NCBI RefSeq assembly: GCF_963921235.1
Contig: NC_086101.1
Location: forward strand, 5,892,001 to 5,956,000
Length of the DNA stretch: 64,000 nt
Origin: Mobula hypostoma
Taxonomy: Eukaryota
Reading direction: 5' to 3'
In this document: one piece after another, positions 12,622 to 24,617 of the stretch
Layout of the letters: the number at the start of each line of letters is the position of its first letter
Numbering within the stretch: the stretch's first letter is position 1
Notes under the pieces: model-generated
What the model was told of the DNA's origin: nothing
The model's database searches: none
What the model saw: only the letters and a program-made list of their open reading frames with translations
Translations under genes and position numbers: made by a program

Positions 12622-13312
12622 TGGCACAGATTTGAGGAAGGCCATCACCTTCATCAAAGAAGGAGCCAGGCCTTTCGTAACCAAACAACCAAAGCCAGAT
12701 CTGCTGCTAACGGCCAGGTCCTGGGAGATGAGGGTCGATGTGGGAAGGAGGTTGCAGTTCTCAGCTGTGGTGCACACAACCCTACGCCCGGACATTGCAC
12801 TGTGGTCAACCAAAGACAAGAAAATAATTCTGGTTGAGATGACTGTGCCGTGGGAGGAGGGATGGGAAGAGGCCCACGAGAGAAGGGCCTTGAAGTACCA
12901 GCCCTTACTGCAGGAGTGTAAAGACAAGGGATGGCAGGCATCGGTGTGCCCTGTGGAGATCGGCTGCAGAGGTTTCCCAGCCAAATCAGCATGGAGGTTG
13001 TTGTCAGATCTGGACCTGGACAAAAGGAGCAAAAAAAACAAGCAGCTCGTAGGATGGGGGAAGAGGCAGCACGAGCCTCTTGTTGGATTTGGAGCAGGCG
13101 AGAGGAGGGGAGCTGGAAGCCAGGAGCAGATGGGCAGTGATTTGGCCACCACTGCCGGCCCACCAACTGGAGAGTGTCGTGGTTAAGGGTCGAAACACTC
13201 GGTGAAGGTTGGGAACCACCTGATGACATTTGCTCCTGGCTGAAGGCTACGGTTACCTTATAAGGTAACTGGAGAATGCACCCTAACAGGTGTATGTAGC
13301 AAGTAATAAGCA
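12622..13312 (+). mobile_element. 5'-truncated RLE-type non-LTR retrotransposon (HERO-like): restriction-like endonuclease domain + 3' UTR
   Basis: LRPDIALWS..IILVEMTVPWEE..AHERRALKY..VEIGCRGF..ASCWIW (PD-(D/E)xK RLE). Frameshift at the A-run near 13031-13038, stop at 13140. Confidence 0.85.
13163..13231 (+). ncRNA. Hammerhead-ribozyme-like RNA motif in non-circular strand order, with kink-turn (putative)
   Basis: GAGUGU/ACACUC stem III, GUC site, GUGGUU/AACCAC stem I, CUGAUGA and GAAA cores. Stem II is weak. Activity is untested. Confidence 0.6.
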
Positions 13313-13345
13313 ACTGACCGTATTAACCCTTTACATACTTTATCA

Positions 13346-13357
13346 TTCCCTCCTTTT
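13346..13357 (-). promoter_or_regulatory. ERV polypurine tract
   Basis: AAAAGGAGGGAA immediately precedes the TG of the 3' LTR. Confidence 0.85.
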
Positions 13358-13399
13358 GATCATTACATGATCAACAAAGGAGTAATTTTTACAGAGAAA

Positions 13400-14042
13400 G
13401 CGACCGAGGGCAGCATTGAGTTATCAATGGGTAAAAACAACGTACAACAGTAATTATAACAATGATAAATACAACTATTAGGCCTTATTGCAAAATCATG
13501 CCCACATGTTACAGAACAGGCCTTCGAACGACCAACATTTAGATCCGTCTGTAAATCCATGTAAACCCTGCCTTACTTTCTTGATATTGTCAGTCACCTT
13601 GGCAATGTGCTCGGAGAGGGACGTAATGTTAGTAGACTTAACGTGGATATAGGTGCAGCGTTCCATGCCAATGACAGCACAGGTTTCCCCTTTCTCAGTT
13701 AGGATAAAATCTAAAGCCATATGATTCTATAGGACTGTTTTGTCGGATCGCTATCATTTCTGTGGTCACGCCGGCCACCGGAGTCTGGGTGCCTAATAGA
13801 GCTCTGGCAGCTTCATTTGCCAATTCCTCCGGGGCCGCTGCCTAATGATTTCTCGGGAGTTCCTAGCCATGCCTTAAGATGGGAAGGCAATCATACAGAA
13901 CCTGTCTGATTCCGTGACTCTCCGTTTCTGCCTCTGCCATTTCGGGTGGTCCCACAGCTCGGGCACTACCCTTAGGTTGGGGACTAGGTAAGCTAGATAG
14001 CAGCACCGGCTCCATTCAGGAAGGTATTATTGGCGAAATCAG
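13400..14042 (-). pseudogene. env: ERV envelope, SU end and TM (degraded)
   Basis: EWSRCCYLAYLV, furin-like RQKR, and immunosuppressive domain plus degenerate CX6CC (MALDFILTEKGETCAVIGMERCTYI). Confidence 0.85.
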
Positions 14043-14044
14043 GT

Positions 14045-17000
14045 GGCGGGGGGATGTTTTGTCCACGGCACTTGGGGAACTACTGCAGGAAGTAACAGTG
14101 GTCGCGCCTCTGGCACAGAGTCTGGCCCTGTGGCTCAGAAGGGTAGGGAAAGGAAAAGGATGGCAGCAGTGATCGGGGACTCTGTAGTTATGGAGTCAGA
14201 TAGGCGATTCTCTGGACGCAGAAAAGAAATGCGAATGCTAGTTTGCCTCTCAGGTGCCAGGGTCCAGGATGTTTCTGATTGCGTCCACGATATCCTGAAG
14301 TGGGAAGGAGAGCAGCCAGACGTCGTGGTACATATTGGCACCAAGGAAATAGCTAGGAAAAGGGAGGAGGTCCTGAAAAAAAGACTACAGGTAGTCAGGA
14401 AGGAAGTTGAGAAGCAGGAACTCAAAGGTAGTAATCTCAGGATTACTATAGGTGTGACCTATACAAAAAGGACAGGTTGCACTTGATCCCAGGGAGACCA
14501 ACATCCTGGCGGGAAAGTTTGCCAAGGCTATTGGGGAGAGTTTAAACTAGTATTACTAGGGGAGTGGGTGAGAACTGAACTGAAGTGACGGAGGGCAGGG
14601 AGGTTGGCTCACAAATGGAGAAAGCTTGGAGACAGTGCGAGAAGGCGGATAGGCAGGTGGTAGAGAAGGGACGCGCTCAGACCCTTTACTGCGAGGAGTA
14701 TGATGAACAAAGCGCATTAGCTTAGAGCATGGATCAGCACTTGGAGCTATGCTGTTGTGGCAATTACAGAGACTTGGATGTGCAGGGGCAGGAATGGCTA
14801 CTTCAAGTGCCAGGCTTTAGATGTTTCAGAAAGGACAGAGAGGGAGGCAAAAGAGATGGGGGCATGGCACTGAGGATCAGAGATAGTATCATGGCTGCAG
14901 AAAAGGAGGAAGTGATGGAGGGGTTGTCTATGGAGTCTCTGTGGGTGGAAATTAGGAATAGGAAGGGGTCAATACCTCTACTGCCTGTTCTTTTATAGAA
15001 CAACCAATAGTAACAGCGGCATCGAGGAGTGAATAGAGAGATCAATTCTGCAAAGGTGTAGTAATAACAGATTTATTGTGGTGGGAGATTTTAATTTCCC
15101 AAGTATTGATTGCTATCTCCCTAGAGTGAGGGGTTTAGATGGGGTGGAGTTTATTAGGTTTATTCAGGAAGGTTTCTTGACACAATATGTAGATAAGTCT
15201 ACAAGAGGAGAGACTGTACTTGATCTGGTATTGGGAAATGAACCTGGACAAGTGCCTGGTCTCTCAATGGGAGAGCATTTTGGAGATAGTGATAACAATT
15301 CTATCTCTTTTGCCATTGCATTGGAGCGGGATAGAAACAGACAAGTTCAGGAAACGTTTAATTGGAGCAAGGGGAAATAGGCTATCAGGCAGGAAATTGG
15401 AAGCATAAATTGGAAACGGATTTTCTCCGGGAAACTTTCGGAAGAAATGTGGCAAATGTTCAGAGGGCATTTGCGTGGAGTTCTGCATAGGTACGTTCCA
15501 ATGAGACAGGCAAAGGGTGGTAGGGTACAGGAACTGTGGTGTACAAAGGCTTGTAAATCTAGTCAAGAAGAAAAGAAGATCTTACGAAAGATTCAAAAAA
15601 CTTGGCAATGAGAGAGATCTAGAAGATTATAAGGTTAGCACGAAGGAGCTTAAAAATGAAATTAGGAGAGCCAGAAAGGGCCATGAAAAAGCCATGCGGG
15701 ACAGGATTAAGGAAAACCCCAAGGCATCCTACAAGTATGTGAAGAGCAAGAAGATAAGACATGAGAGAATAGGACCAATCAAGTGTGACAGTAGAAAAAT
15801 GTGTACAGAACCAGAGGAGGTAGTAGAGGTACTTAATGAATACTTTGCTTCAGTATTCACAACGGAAAAGATTGTAGGGATCACTTGCAGGGGACTGAAA
15901 ATCTTGAGCATGTAGATAATAGAGAAGAAGATGTGCTGGAGTATTTGGAAAGCATCAAGTTGTATAAGTCACGGGGACCAGACAGGATGTACCCCAGTCT
16001 ACACTGGGAAGCGAGGGAGGAGATTGCTGAGCCTCTGGCAATGATCGTTGCATCATCATTTGGGACGGGCGAGGTTCCGGAGGATTGGAGGGTTGCAGAT
16101 GTTGTTCCCTTATTCAAGGAAGGGAGTAGAGATAGCTCAGGAAATTATAGACAAGTGAGTCTTTCTTCAGTGTTTGGTAAACTGATGGATAAGATCCTGA
16201 GATGCAGGATTTATGAACATTTAGAGAGGAATATATGATTAGGTATCGTCAGCATGGCTTTGTCAAAGGCAGGTCGTGCCTTACGAGCCTGATTGAATTT
16301 TTTGAGGATGTGACTAATCACATTGATGAAGGCAGAGCCATAGAAGTAGTGTATATGGATCTTAGCAAGGAATTTGATAAAGTACCCCATGAAAGGCTTA
16401 TTAAGAAAGTAAGGAGGCATAGGATCCAATGGAACATTGTTTTGTAGATCCAGAAATGGCTTGCCCACAGAAGGCAAAGTGTGGTTGTAGATGGGTTATA
16501 TTCTGCATGGAGGTCGGTGACCAGTGGTGTGTCCCAGGGGTCTGTTCAGGGACCCCTACTCTTTGTGATTTTTATAAGTGACCTGGATGAAGTCTGAAGA
16601 TGTAGGGGAGAAGGAAGAAAAAGATAATAAAGTTGTTTGTACCATTAGGGATAAGCAGAGAGTAAGAGCTGGAGAGTTTCTTAAATGCATTATTTTAATG
16701 CCAGGAGCACTGTCAGATAGTTGGATGAGCTTAGAGCATGGATTGATACCTGGAAGTATGATGTTGTAGCTATTAGTGAAACATGGTTAAGGAGAAGGTG
16801 TGATTGTCAACTGAATATTCCTGGATTTTGTTGCTTCAGGTGTGATAGAATTGGAGGGGCATGAGGGGGAGGTGTTCCATTGCTTGTCAGAGAAAATATT
16901 ACAGAGGTGCTTTGCCAGGATAGATTAGAGGGCTCGTCTAGGGAAGCTACTTAGGTGGAATTGAGGAATGGGAAAGGTGTAGTAACGCTTATAGGGGTGT

Positions 17001-20000
17001 ATTATAGACCACCTAATGGGGAGCGAGAATTGAAGGAGCAAATTTGTAAGGAGGTAGCAGGTATTTGTAGCAAGCACAAGGTTGTGATTGTGGGAGATTT
17101 TAATTTTCCACACATAGACTGGGCAGTCGATTCTGTAAAAGGGCTGGATGCTTTGGAGTTTGTAAAATGTGTGGAGGATAGTTTTTTGCAGCAATACATA
17201 GAGGTACCAACTAGAGAAGGGGCAGTGTTGGATCTCCAGTTAGGGAATGAGATAGGTCAGGTGATGGAGGTATGTGTTGGGGAGCACTTCGGGTCCAGTG
17301 ATCACAATGACATTACTTTCAATATAATTATGGATAAGGGTAGGAGTGGACCCAGGGTTGAGATTTTTGATTGGAGAAAGGCTAACTTTGAGGAGATGCG
17401 AAAGGATTTAGAAGGAGTGAATTGGGACAATTTGTTTTATGGGAAGGATGTAATAGAGAAATGGAGGTCATTTAAAGGTGAAATTTTGAAGGTACAGAAT
17501 CTTTATGTTCCTGCTAGGTTGAAAGGAAAGGTTCAAAGTTTGAGAGAGCCATGGCTTTCAAGTGATATTGGAAACGTGGTTTGGAAAGAGAGAGAGATCT
17601 ACAATAAATATTGGCAGCTAGGAGTAAATGAGGTGCTCGAGGAATATAAAGAATGTAAAAAGAATCTTAAGAAAGAAATTAGAAAAGCTATAATAAGGTA
17701 TGTGGTTGCTTTGACAAGTAAGGTGAAAATAAATCGAAAGGGTTTTTACAGTTATATTAATAACAAAAGGATATTGAGGGATAAAATTGGTCCCTTAGAG
17801 AATCAGAGTGGACGGCTATGTGCGGAGCCAAAAGAGATGGGGGAGATCTTGAACAATTTCTTTTCTTCGGTATTCACTAAGGAGAAGGATTTTGAATTGT
17901 GTAAGGTGAGGGAAACAAGTCGAGCAGTTATGGAAACTATGATGATTAAAGAAGAGGAAGTACTGGCGCTTTTAATAATATAAAAGCGGATAAGGCTCCG
18001 GGTCCTGACAGGATATTCCCTAGGACCTTGAGGGAAGTTAGTGTGGAAATAGCAGGGGCTCTGATAGAAATATTTCCAATGTCATTAGAAACGGGGGTGG
18101 TGCCGGAGGATTGGCGTATCCTCATGTGGTTCCATTGTTTAAAAGGGGTTCTAAGAGTAAACCCAGCAATTATCAGCCTTTAAGTTTGAAGTCGGTGGTG
18201 GGTAAATTTACTGGAAAGTTTTCTTAGAGATGGTATATATAATTATCTGGATAGACAGGGTCTAATTAGGAACAGTCAACATTGATTTGTGCGTGGAAGG
18301 TCATGTTTGACAAATCTTATTGAATTTTTTGAAGAGCTTACGAGGAAAATTGACGAGAGTAAACTGGTGGATATTGCCTAAATGGACTTCAGTAAGGCCT
18401 TTGACAAGGTTCCACACGGAAGGTTAGTTAGGAAGGTTCAATCGTTAGATATTAATATTAAAGTAGTAAAATGGATTCAACAGTGGCTGGATGGAAGATG
18501 CCAGAGAGTGGTGATGGATAACTGTTTTTCAGGTTGGTGGCCGGTGATTACTGGTGTGCCTCAGGGATCTGTACTGGGTCCAATATTGTTGTCATATACA
18601 CTAATGATCTGGATGATGGGTGGTAAATAGGATTAGTAAATATGCAGATGATACTAAGATAGGTGGTGTTGTGGATAATGAAATAGGTTTTGAAAGCTTA
18701 CACAGAGATTTAGGCCAGTTAGAAGAGTGGGCTGAAAGATGACAGATGGAGTTTAATGCTGATAATTGTGAGGTGCTACATTTTGGTAGGACTAACCAAA
18801 ATAGTATATACATGGTAAATGGTAGGGCATTGAGGAATGCAGTAGAACAGAGGGATCTAGGAATAATAGTGCATAGTTCCCAGAAGGTGGAATCTAATGT
18901 GGATAGGATGGTGAACAAAGTTTTTGTTATGCTGCCTTTATAAATCAGAGCATTGAGTATAGGAGTTGGGATGTAATGTTATAATTGTACAAGGCATTGG
19001 TGAGGCCAAATTTGGAGTATTGTGTACTGTTCTGGTCACCGTATTATGGGAAAGATGTCAACAAAATAGAGAGAGTACAGAGGAGATTTACTGGAATGTA
19101 ACCTGGGTTTCAGCACCTAAGTTACAGAGAAAGGTTGAACAAGTTAGGTCTTGATTTTCTGGAGCTTAGAAAGTTGAGGGGGGACTTGATAGAGGTATTT
19201 AAGATTATGAGGGGGATAAATAGAGTTGACGTGGATAGGCTTTTTCCGTTGAGAGTAGGGGAGGTGCAAACAAGAAGACATGAGTTGAGAGTTAAGGGGC
19301 AAAAGTTTAGGGGTAACACGAGGGGGAACCACTTTACTCAGAGTGGCAGCTGTATGAAACGAGCTTCCAGCAGAAGTGGCAGAGGCAGTTTCGATTTTGT
19401 CATTTAAAAAAAAAGGATAGGTATATGGACTGGAAAGGAACGGAGGGTTATGGGGTGAGTGCAGGTAGATGGGACTAGGTGAGAGTAAGCGTTTGGCATG
19501 GACTAGAAGGACCGAGATGGTCTGTTTCCGCGCTGTAATTGTTATATGGTTATATGGTTACATGAGGAAGTGGAGGATGAGTTTGTAAATTTGCTGATGA
19601 CACAAAGATTGGGGGTGTTGTGGATAGGTTGGAGGGCTGTCAGATGTTACAGCGGGACATTGATAGGATGCAAAACTGGGCTGAGAAGTGACAGATGGAG
19701 TTCAACCCAGATAACTGTGAGGTGGTTCATTTTGGTAGGCCAAATATGATGGCAGAATATAATATTAATGGTAAAACTCTTGGCAGTGTGGAAGATCAGA
19801 GGGATCTTGGGTTACGAAGCTATCGGACATTCAAAAGTGCTGCACAAGTTGACTCTGGTTAAGATGGCACACGGTGCATTGGCCTTCATCAACCGTGCGA
19901 TTTAAGAGCCGAGAGGTAATGTTGCAGCTATATAAGGCCCTGGTCAGACCTCACTTAGAGTACTGTGCTCAATTCTGGCCATCTTACTATTTGAAGGATG

Positions 20001-20377
20001 TGGAAACCATAGAAAGGGTGCACAGGAGATTTACAAGGATGTTGCCTGGATTGGAAAGCATGCCTTATGAGAATAGGTTGAGTAAACTTGGACTTTTCTC
20101 CTTGGAGCGACAGAGGATGAGAGGTGGCCTGATAGGGGTCATGTCAGAGTAAGGTTTTTATGCAGAGTGGTGAGTGCGTGGAGTGGGCTGCCGGCAGCGG
20201 TGGTGGAGGCGGAAACGATAATGTCCTTTAAGAGACTCCTAGATGGGTACATGGAGCTTAGACAAATAGAGGGCTATAGGTAAGCCTAATTAGTTCTAAG
20301 GTAAGGACATGATGGGAACAGCTTTGTGCGCCGAAGGTCCTGTATTGTGCTGTAGGATTTCTATGTTTCTATGTTTC
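14045..20377 (+). mobile_element. CR1 LINE inserted in ERV env (14045-16590 + 19562-20377)
   Basis: ORF1 esterase remnant (VIGDS, VHIGT). ORF2 EN/RT pieces resume in register after the nested CR1 (gacctggatga / atgaggaagtgg). TTCTATGT-repeat tail near 20360-20377. Confidence 0.88.
16591..19561 (+). mobile_element. Second CR1 LINE nested in the previous CR1
   Basis: 342-aa EN ORF (YYRPP, GDFN, SSDHN), RT motifs, and GTTATATG-repeat tail at 19541-19560. Possible 4-bp ATGA duplication. Confidence 0.88.
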
Positions 20378-20759
20378 TGCTTCCAGTGTGGGCCTTGAGG
20401 AAAAGGTGGTTTTAACCTCTGGAGAGCCAACATGTCTTTAGTGGCCACTGCTCCCGCCCCCTAAACATGACTCTAGTTGACTGGAGGCACCCAAAGAGAA
20501 CGCAAAGGAAAACGTCCCAGTACATGGTAAAGTCCGGAATAGGCTCCCTAGTCGGCAATTATTTTACAGTCAGTACGATGTATCCACCGCGGTTGTCCTT
20601 CCAACCTGACTGCTGTGGGCGTGGTGAGCAGTACTTGGAATGGTTCCTTCCACCATTATGCTAGTTTGCCACGGTTCCTGTACTTAATTAGTACGTAACC
20701 CCGGGATCGCCTTCTCTTGTATCGTTTTCGTCCTTGTATGTCTGACACACCTGTGAATG

Positions 20760-21880
20760 TAATGCTCGGAGTGTCTTAGTTAGGTAGCCCGTTTATATCA
20801 AGAGTGGGAGGCCAGTCGGAACCCCATGGAGCTCTTGGGGGCTTCCCGAAGATGATTTCAGCTGGTGACAACCCATTTTTTTCTCGGAGATGGCCGTCAG
20901 ATGGAATAATGCTGAGGGCAATACCTTTAACCAATTAAGGCCCGTTTCCTCCGTGAGTTTTGCAGTTTGTTTTTTTTTAACGTACTATTTGCCCTTTCCA
21001 CTATGGAGAGAACAATGGAATTTTGTTGAATGGATAAGGCATTGCATATTTCCTCATTTATCTTGGCTACAAAGTGGGGACCGTTATCTGAACTCAATAT
21101 TTCTGGTGGCCCATAACAGGAGATCACTTCTTGCAACAGTATTTTAGCTGCTGTCAGGGCTGTATTATTGGTGGCAGGGATTGCCTCGACCCATTTACTA
21201 AACATAGCTGTGATCACTAAGCATGATTTGTAACAATGCACTGCAGGAACTTCAATAAAATCAATTCGCAAACATGAAAAGGGGACTCCAGGTAAGGGAG
21301 TGGCACCCGGCACACAGGGTGTCCCTTTCCCAGGTTGTTCTTACGGCATATTAAACACGCTTTTGCCTCTTTGCTGCCACTTGCTGCAATTTCGGATGCT
21401 ACCATGTTTGCAGCAAACTGGTTGCCATTCCCTCTTTTCCGAGGTGAGTACAAGTAGGAATATAATCAAGGAGGATTGGTAGAAATCGGGAAGGGAGACA
21501 GACTTGAACCAGAGGCCCGTCACGGGACCCTCTTTACAGCCGATCTATGACCATAGTTTGCGTTCCTCCTCAGGACGTCCCCTGGAACGTACGTACAGCT
21601 TACATGTCTGGTATACCGGTGCTGCATGAGAGGCGCAAGGGGTTTTGGTGGGACTATAATTTCGAGTGTCTGGGCCGCGGCTTTGGCAGTCTCATCGGCC
21701 ATGGCGCTACCGGTGGAGATTTTATTAGTCTGGCGGGTATGAGTGGAGCCTTTGATAACGGCCAATGTCTTTGGAAGTTGCAAGACAAAGAGGAGATTCT
21801 GTACAAATGTAGCATTGCTAATAGGATATCCTGAGGCGGTGAGGAAACCTCGCATTCCCAAAGAGCTCCGTAGTCATGAC
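20760..21880 (-). pseudogene. pol: ERV pol remnant: RNase H and integrase
   Basis: RGFLTASG..AMADETAKAAA (RNase H), CLIC zinc-finger half, and IDFIEVP..FSKWVEA..SSDNGPHF (integrase core), with frameshifts. Confidence 0.9.
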
Positions 21881-22399
21881 CTACCCCGAAGTGATGAGGT
21901 AGAGGGATAGGTATAGTTAAATATGGGAATAGACGAATCGAAGAATCATCTTGAGGCATAAATAAATATGGGTATAAGAATTATTGAAGGGACATCTCGA
22001 GGTATAACTAAATATGGGAAGGATAGCATAGGGTACAGAACATTCTAGAGAAAGGGGAAGGTGTCCACATAATGAGCTGATTTTGTATCCAGGCTAGCTT
22101 TAGTAGAAAATAATTATTACTAACCAATGATGATTTTACATTTAATAGTAGCTTAGCATGTGATCGAAACTATTCTAAAACTGTCTTAACTTGTGTAATT
22201 GTAAGATTTCCTGCGTACGTGAAGCTCAATGTTTTAAATTGTGAAGAATTGTGTGATTCGAGGGAGTGTACTGTCCGAACTGGCTCTTAGATCCCAAGTC
22301 CTGGAATTCCGTCCCTTAACCATACCACTTCTGCATCCTCTGGAAACTGATTCTCTTTATCATCTGAGCATCTCGAGAACAGTATTACTGGGTCCCTCC

Positions 22400-22735
22400 T
22401 GTAACTAATAAAGTGGCCGCAGAGTGGATGTTCATGGTCTTCTGCTGCTGTAGCCCGTCCACTTCAAGCTTTGACGTGTTATACATTCAGAGATGCTCTT
22501 CTGCACACTGCTGTTGTAACACGGTTATTAGAGTTACTCTCACTTTCCTGTCAGCTTGAACCAGTCTGCAAGTCTCCTCCGAACTGTCTCATTAACAAGG
22601 TGTTTCACTCAGGGAACCTCGCTCAATGTATGTTTTTATTTGTTTTTGCACTATTCTGTGTAAACATTACGAGATTGTTTTGCATGAAAATCTGAGGAGA
22701 TCAGCATGTTCTGAGACACTCCATCCTGTCTGACA
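22400..22735. mobile_element. Non-autonomous Tc1-like DNA transposon fragment
   Basis: ctaataaagtggcc terminal motif and ggtcttctgctgctgtagccc internal sequence resemble fish Tc1 derivatives (recognised from memory). Confidence 0.5.
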
Positions 22736-23059
22736 CATTGACCTCAAGAATCAAAATACTGTGTACAGGAAATGGGATGTTATGTTGAAGTCTTATAAAA
22801 CATTAGTGAGACCTAATTTGGAGCATTTTGTTCAGTTTTGGCCACCTAAAGATGTAATTAAGACGATAAGACTATAAGGTATAGGAGCAGAAGTAGGCCA
22901 TTCAGCCCATTGAGTCTGCCCCGCCATTCAATCACGGTCTGATCCAATTCCTCCACTCAACCCCGCCCCCCACCCCCCGATGCCACGCTCAATCAAGAAT
23001 CCATCTATCTCTGCCCAAAATACACCCAACGACCCAGCCTCCACAGCCACCTGTGGCAA

Positions 23060-24118
23060 CTGGTGTCGTGGATTATTGATTACCTGACTGGCAGGCCACA
23101 GTACGTGTGCTTGCAACACTGTGTGATCGACAGAGTGATCAGCAGCACTGGGGCTCCACAGGGGACTGTCTTGTCTCCCTTTCTCTTCACCATTTACACC
23201 TCGGACTTCAACTACTGCACAGAGTCTTGTCATCTTCAGAAGTTTTCTGATGACTCTGCCATAGTTGGATACATCAGCAAGGGAGATGAGGCTGCGTACA
23301 GGGCTACGGTAGGAAACTTTGTCACATGGTGTGAGCAGAAGTATCTGCAGCTTAATGTGGAAAAGACTAAGGAGCTGGTGGTAGACCTGAGGAGAGCAAA
23401 GGTACCGGTGACCTCTGTTTCCATTCAGGGTGTCTGTGTGGACATGGTGGAGGATTACAAATACCTGGGGGTACGAATTGACAAATAACTGGACTCATCA
23501 AAGAACACTGAGGCTGTCTACAAGAAGGGTCAGAGCCGTCTCTATTTCCTGAGGAGACTGAGGTCCTTTAACATCTGCCGGACGATGCTGAGGATGTTCT
23601 ACGAGTCTGTGGTGGCCAGTGCGATCATGTTTGCTGTTGTGTGTTGGGGCAGCAGGCTGAGGGTAGCAGACACCAACAGAATCAACAAACTCATTCGTAA
23701 GACCAGTGATGTTGTGGGGATGGAACTGGACTCTCTGACGGTGGTGTCTGAAAAGAGGATGCTGTCTAAGTTGCATGCCATCTTGGTCAATGTCTCCCAT
23801 CCACTACATAATGTACTGGGTGGGCACAGGAGTACATTCAGCCAGAGACTCATTCCTCCGAGATGCAGCACAGAGCGTCATAGGAAGTCATTCCTGCCTG
23901 TGGCCATCAAACTTTACAACTCCTCCCTTGGAGGGTCAGACACCCTGAGCCAATAGGCTGGTCGTGGACTTATTTCATAATTTACTGGCATAATTTACAT
24001 ATTACTATTTAACTATTTATGGTTCTATTACTATTTATTATTTATGGTGCAACTGTAACGAAAACCAATTTCCCCCGGGATCAATAAAGTATGACTATGA
24101 CTATGACTATGACTATGA
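23060..24118 (+). mobile_element. 5'-truncated Rex1/Babar LINE
   Basis: STGAPQGTVLSPFLFT, KFSDD, YKYLG, RKSFLPVAIKLYN. AATAAAG followed by a (TATGAC)n tail at about 24089-24118. Confidence 0.9.
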
Positions 24119-24238
24119 AATTTCTCCCTAGTGAGCGATGAAAGCAATTCGTCTTTGCGACCCGATCGGTCCCCGTAGATAGGATGTTCGGTATGTCGCT
24201 TACTCAGCCCGCCTCCGTGTCAAAGTCCCTATATTGGT

Positions 24239-24257
24239 ACCCTGCTCGCAAGCGCCA
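24239..24257 (-). promoter_or_regulatory. ERV primer-binding site, tRNA-Ser-like
   Basis: TGGCGCTTGCGAGCAGGGT lies 2 nt after the CA of the 5' LTR. It is near-complementary to a vertebrate tRNA-Ser 3' end (..ACCCTGCTCGCTGCGCCA, from memory). Confidence 0.7.
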
Positions 24258-24259
24258 GA

Positions 24260-24617
24260 TGTGGAAATCAAATCTGGATAAAGTCATTCAGAGAACGTAT
24301 AAGTCGAAACCCTTCACTCAAAGCCTCCGGTCACTTCGGTTAGGCACTCTTCAGTGCACCCAACTAATTAGCAATGCCTATTACAGAGTAGATATAGTTG
24401 CTCACATACACCCACACATACCAAGCTGGAGCCGGTCTTATCTATGTGCATGACAGTACAAAGAAACAATGACCTTGAAACACTAACTGTCTGACTGCAA
24501 GAAGAAATATGGCTCAACTTTGAATGGCGAGATTAGCACATCTGTTAATCTTCAGCGGTTTCTTGCAGAAAAACAGACTGCTACGTTTCACCGACCGTGT
24601 TACCCGTTTACATACTG
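24260..24617 (-). repeat. ERV 5' LTR
   Basis: Homologous to 12275-12620 + 13313-13345, with many substitutions and indels. Followed by the PBS. Confidence 0.85.

Larger units (their letters stand above)
12275..13345 (-). repeat. ERV 3' LTR (TG...CA), interrupted by a HERO-like element
   Basis: Minus strand starts TGATAAAG directly after the polypurine tract and ends TTTTCACA. Shares a core (agatatagttgctcacatacacccacacataccaagctggagccggtcttatcta) with 24260-24617. Confidence 0.85.
12275..24617 (-). mobile_element. Degraded class I (gamma/epsilon-like) endogenous retrovirus, gag-pro-RT largely deleted, interrupted by HERO, CR1, Tc1 and Rex1 insertions
   Basis: Two homologous LTRs, PBS, RNaseH, integrase, env and PPT occur in proviral order on the minus strand. 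Confidence 0.85.
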
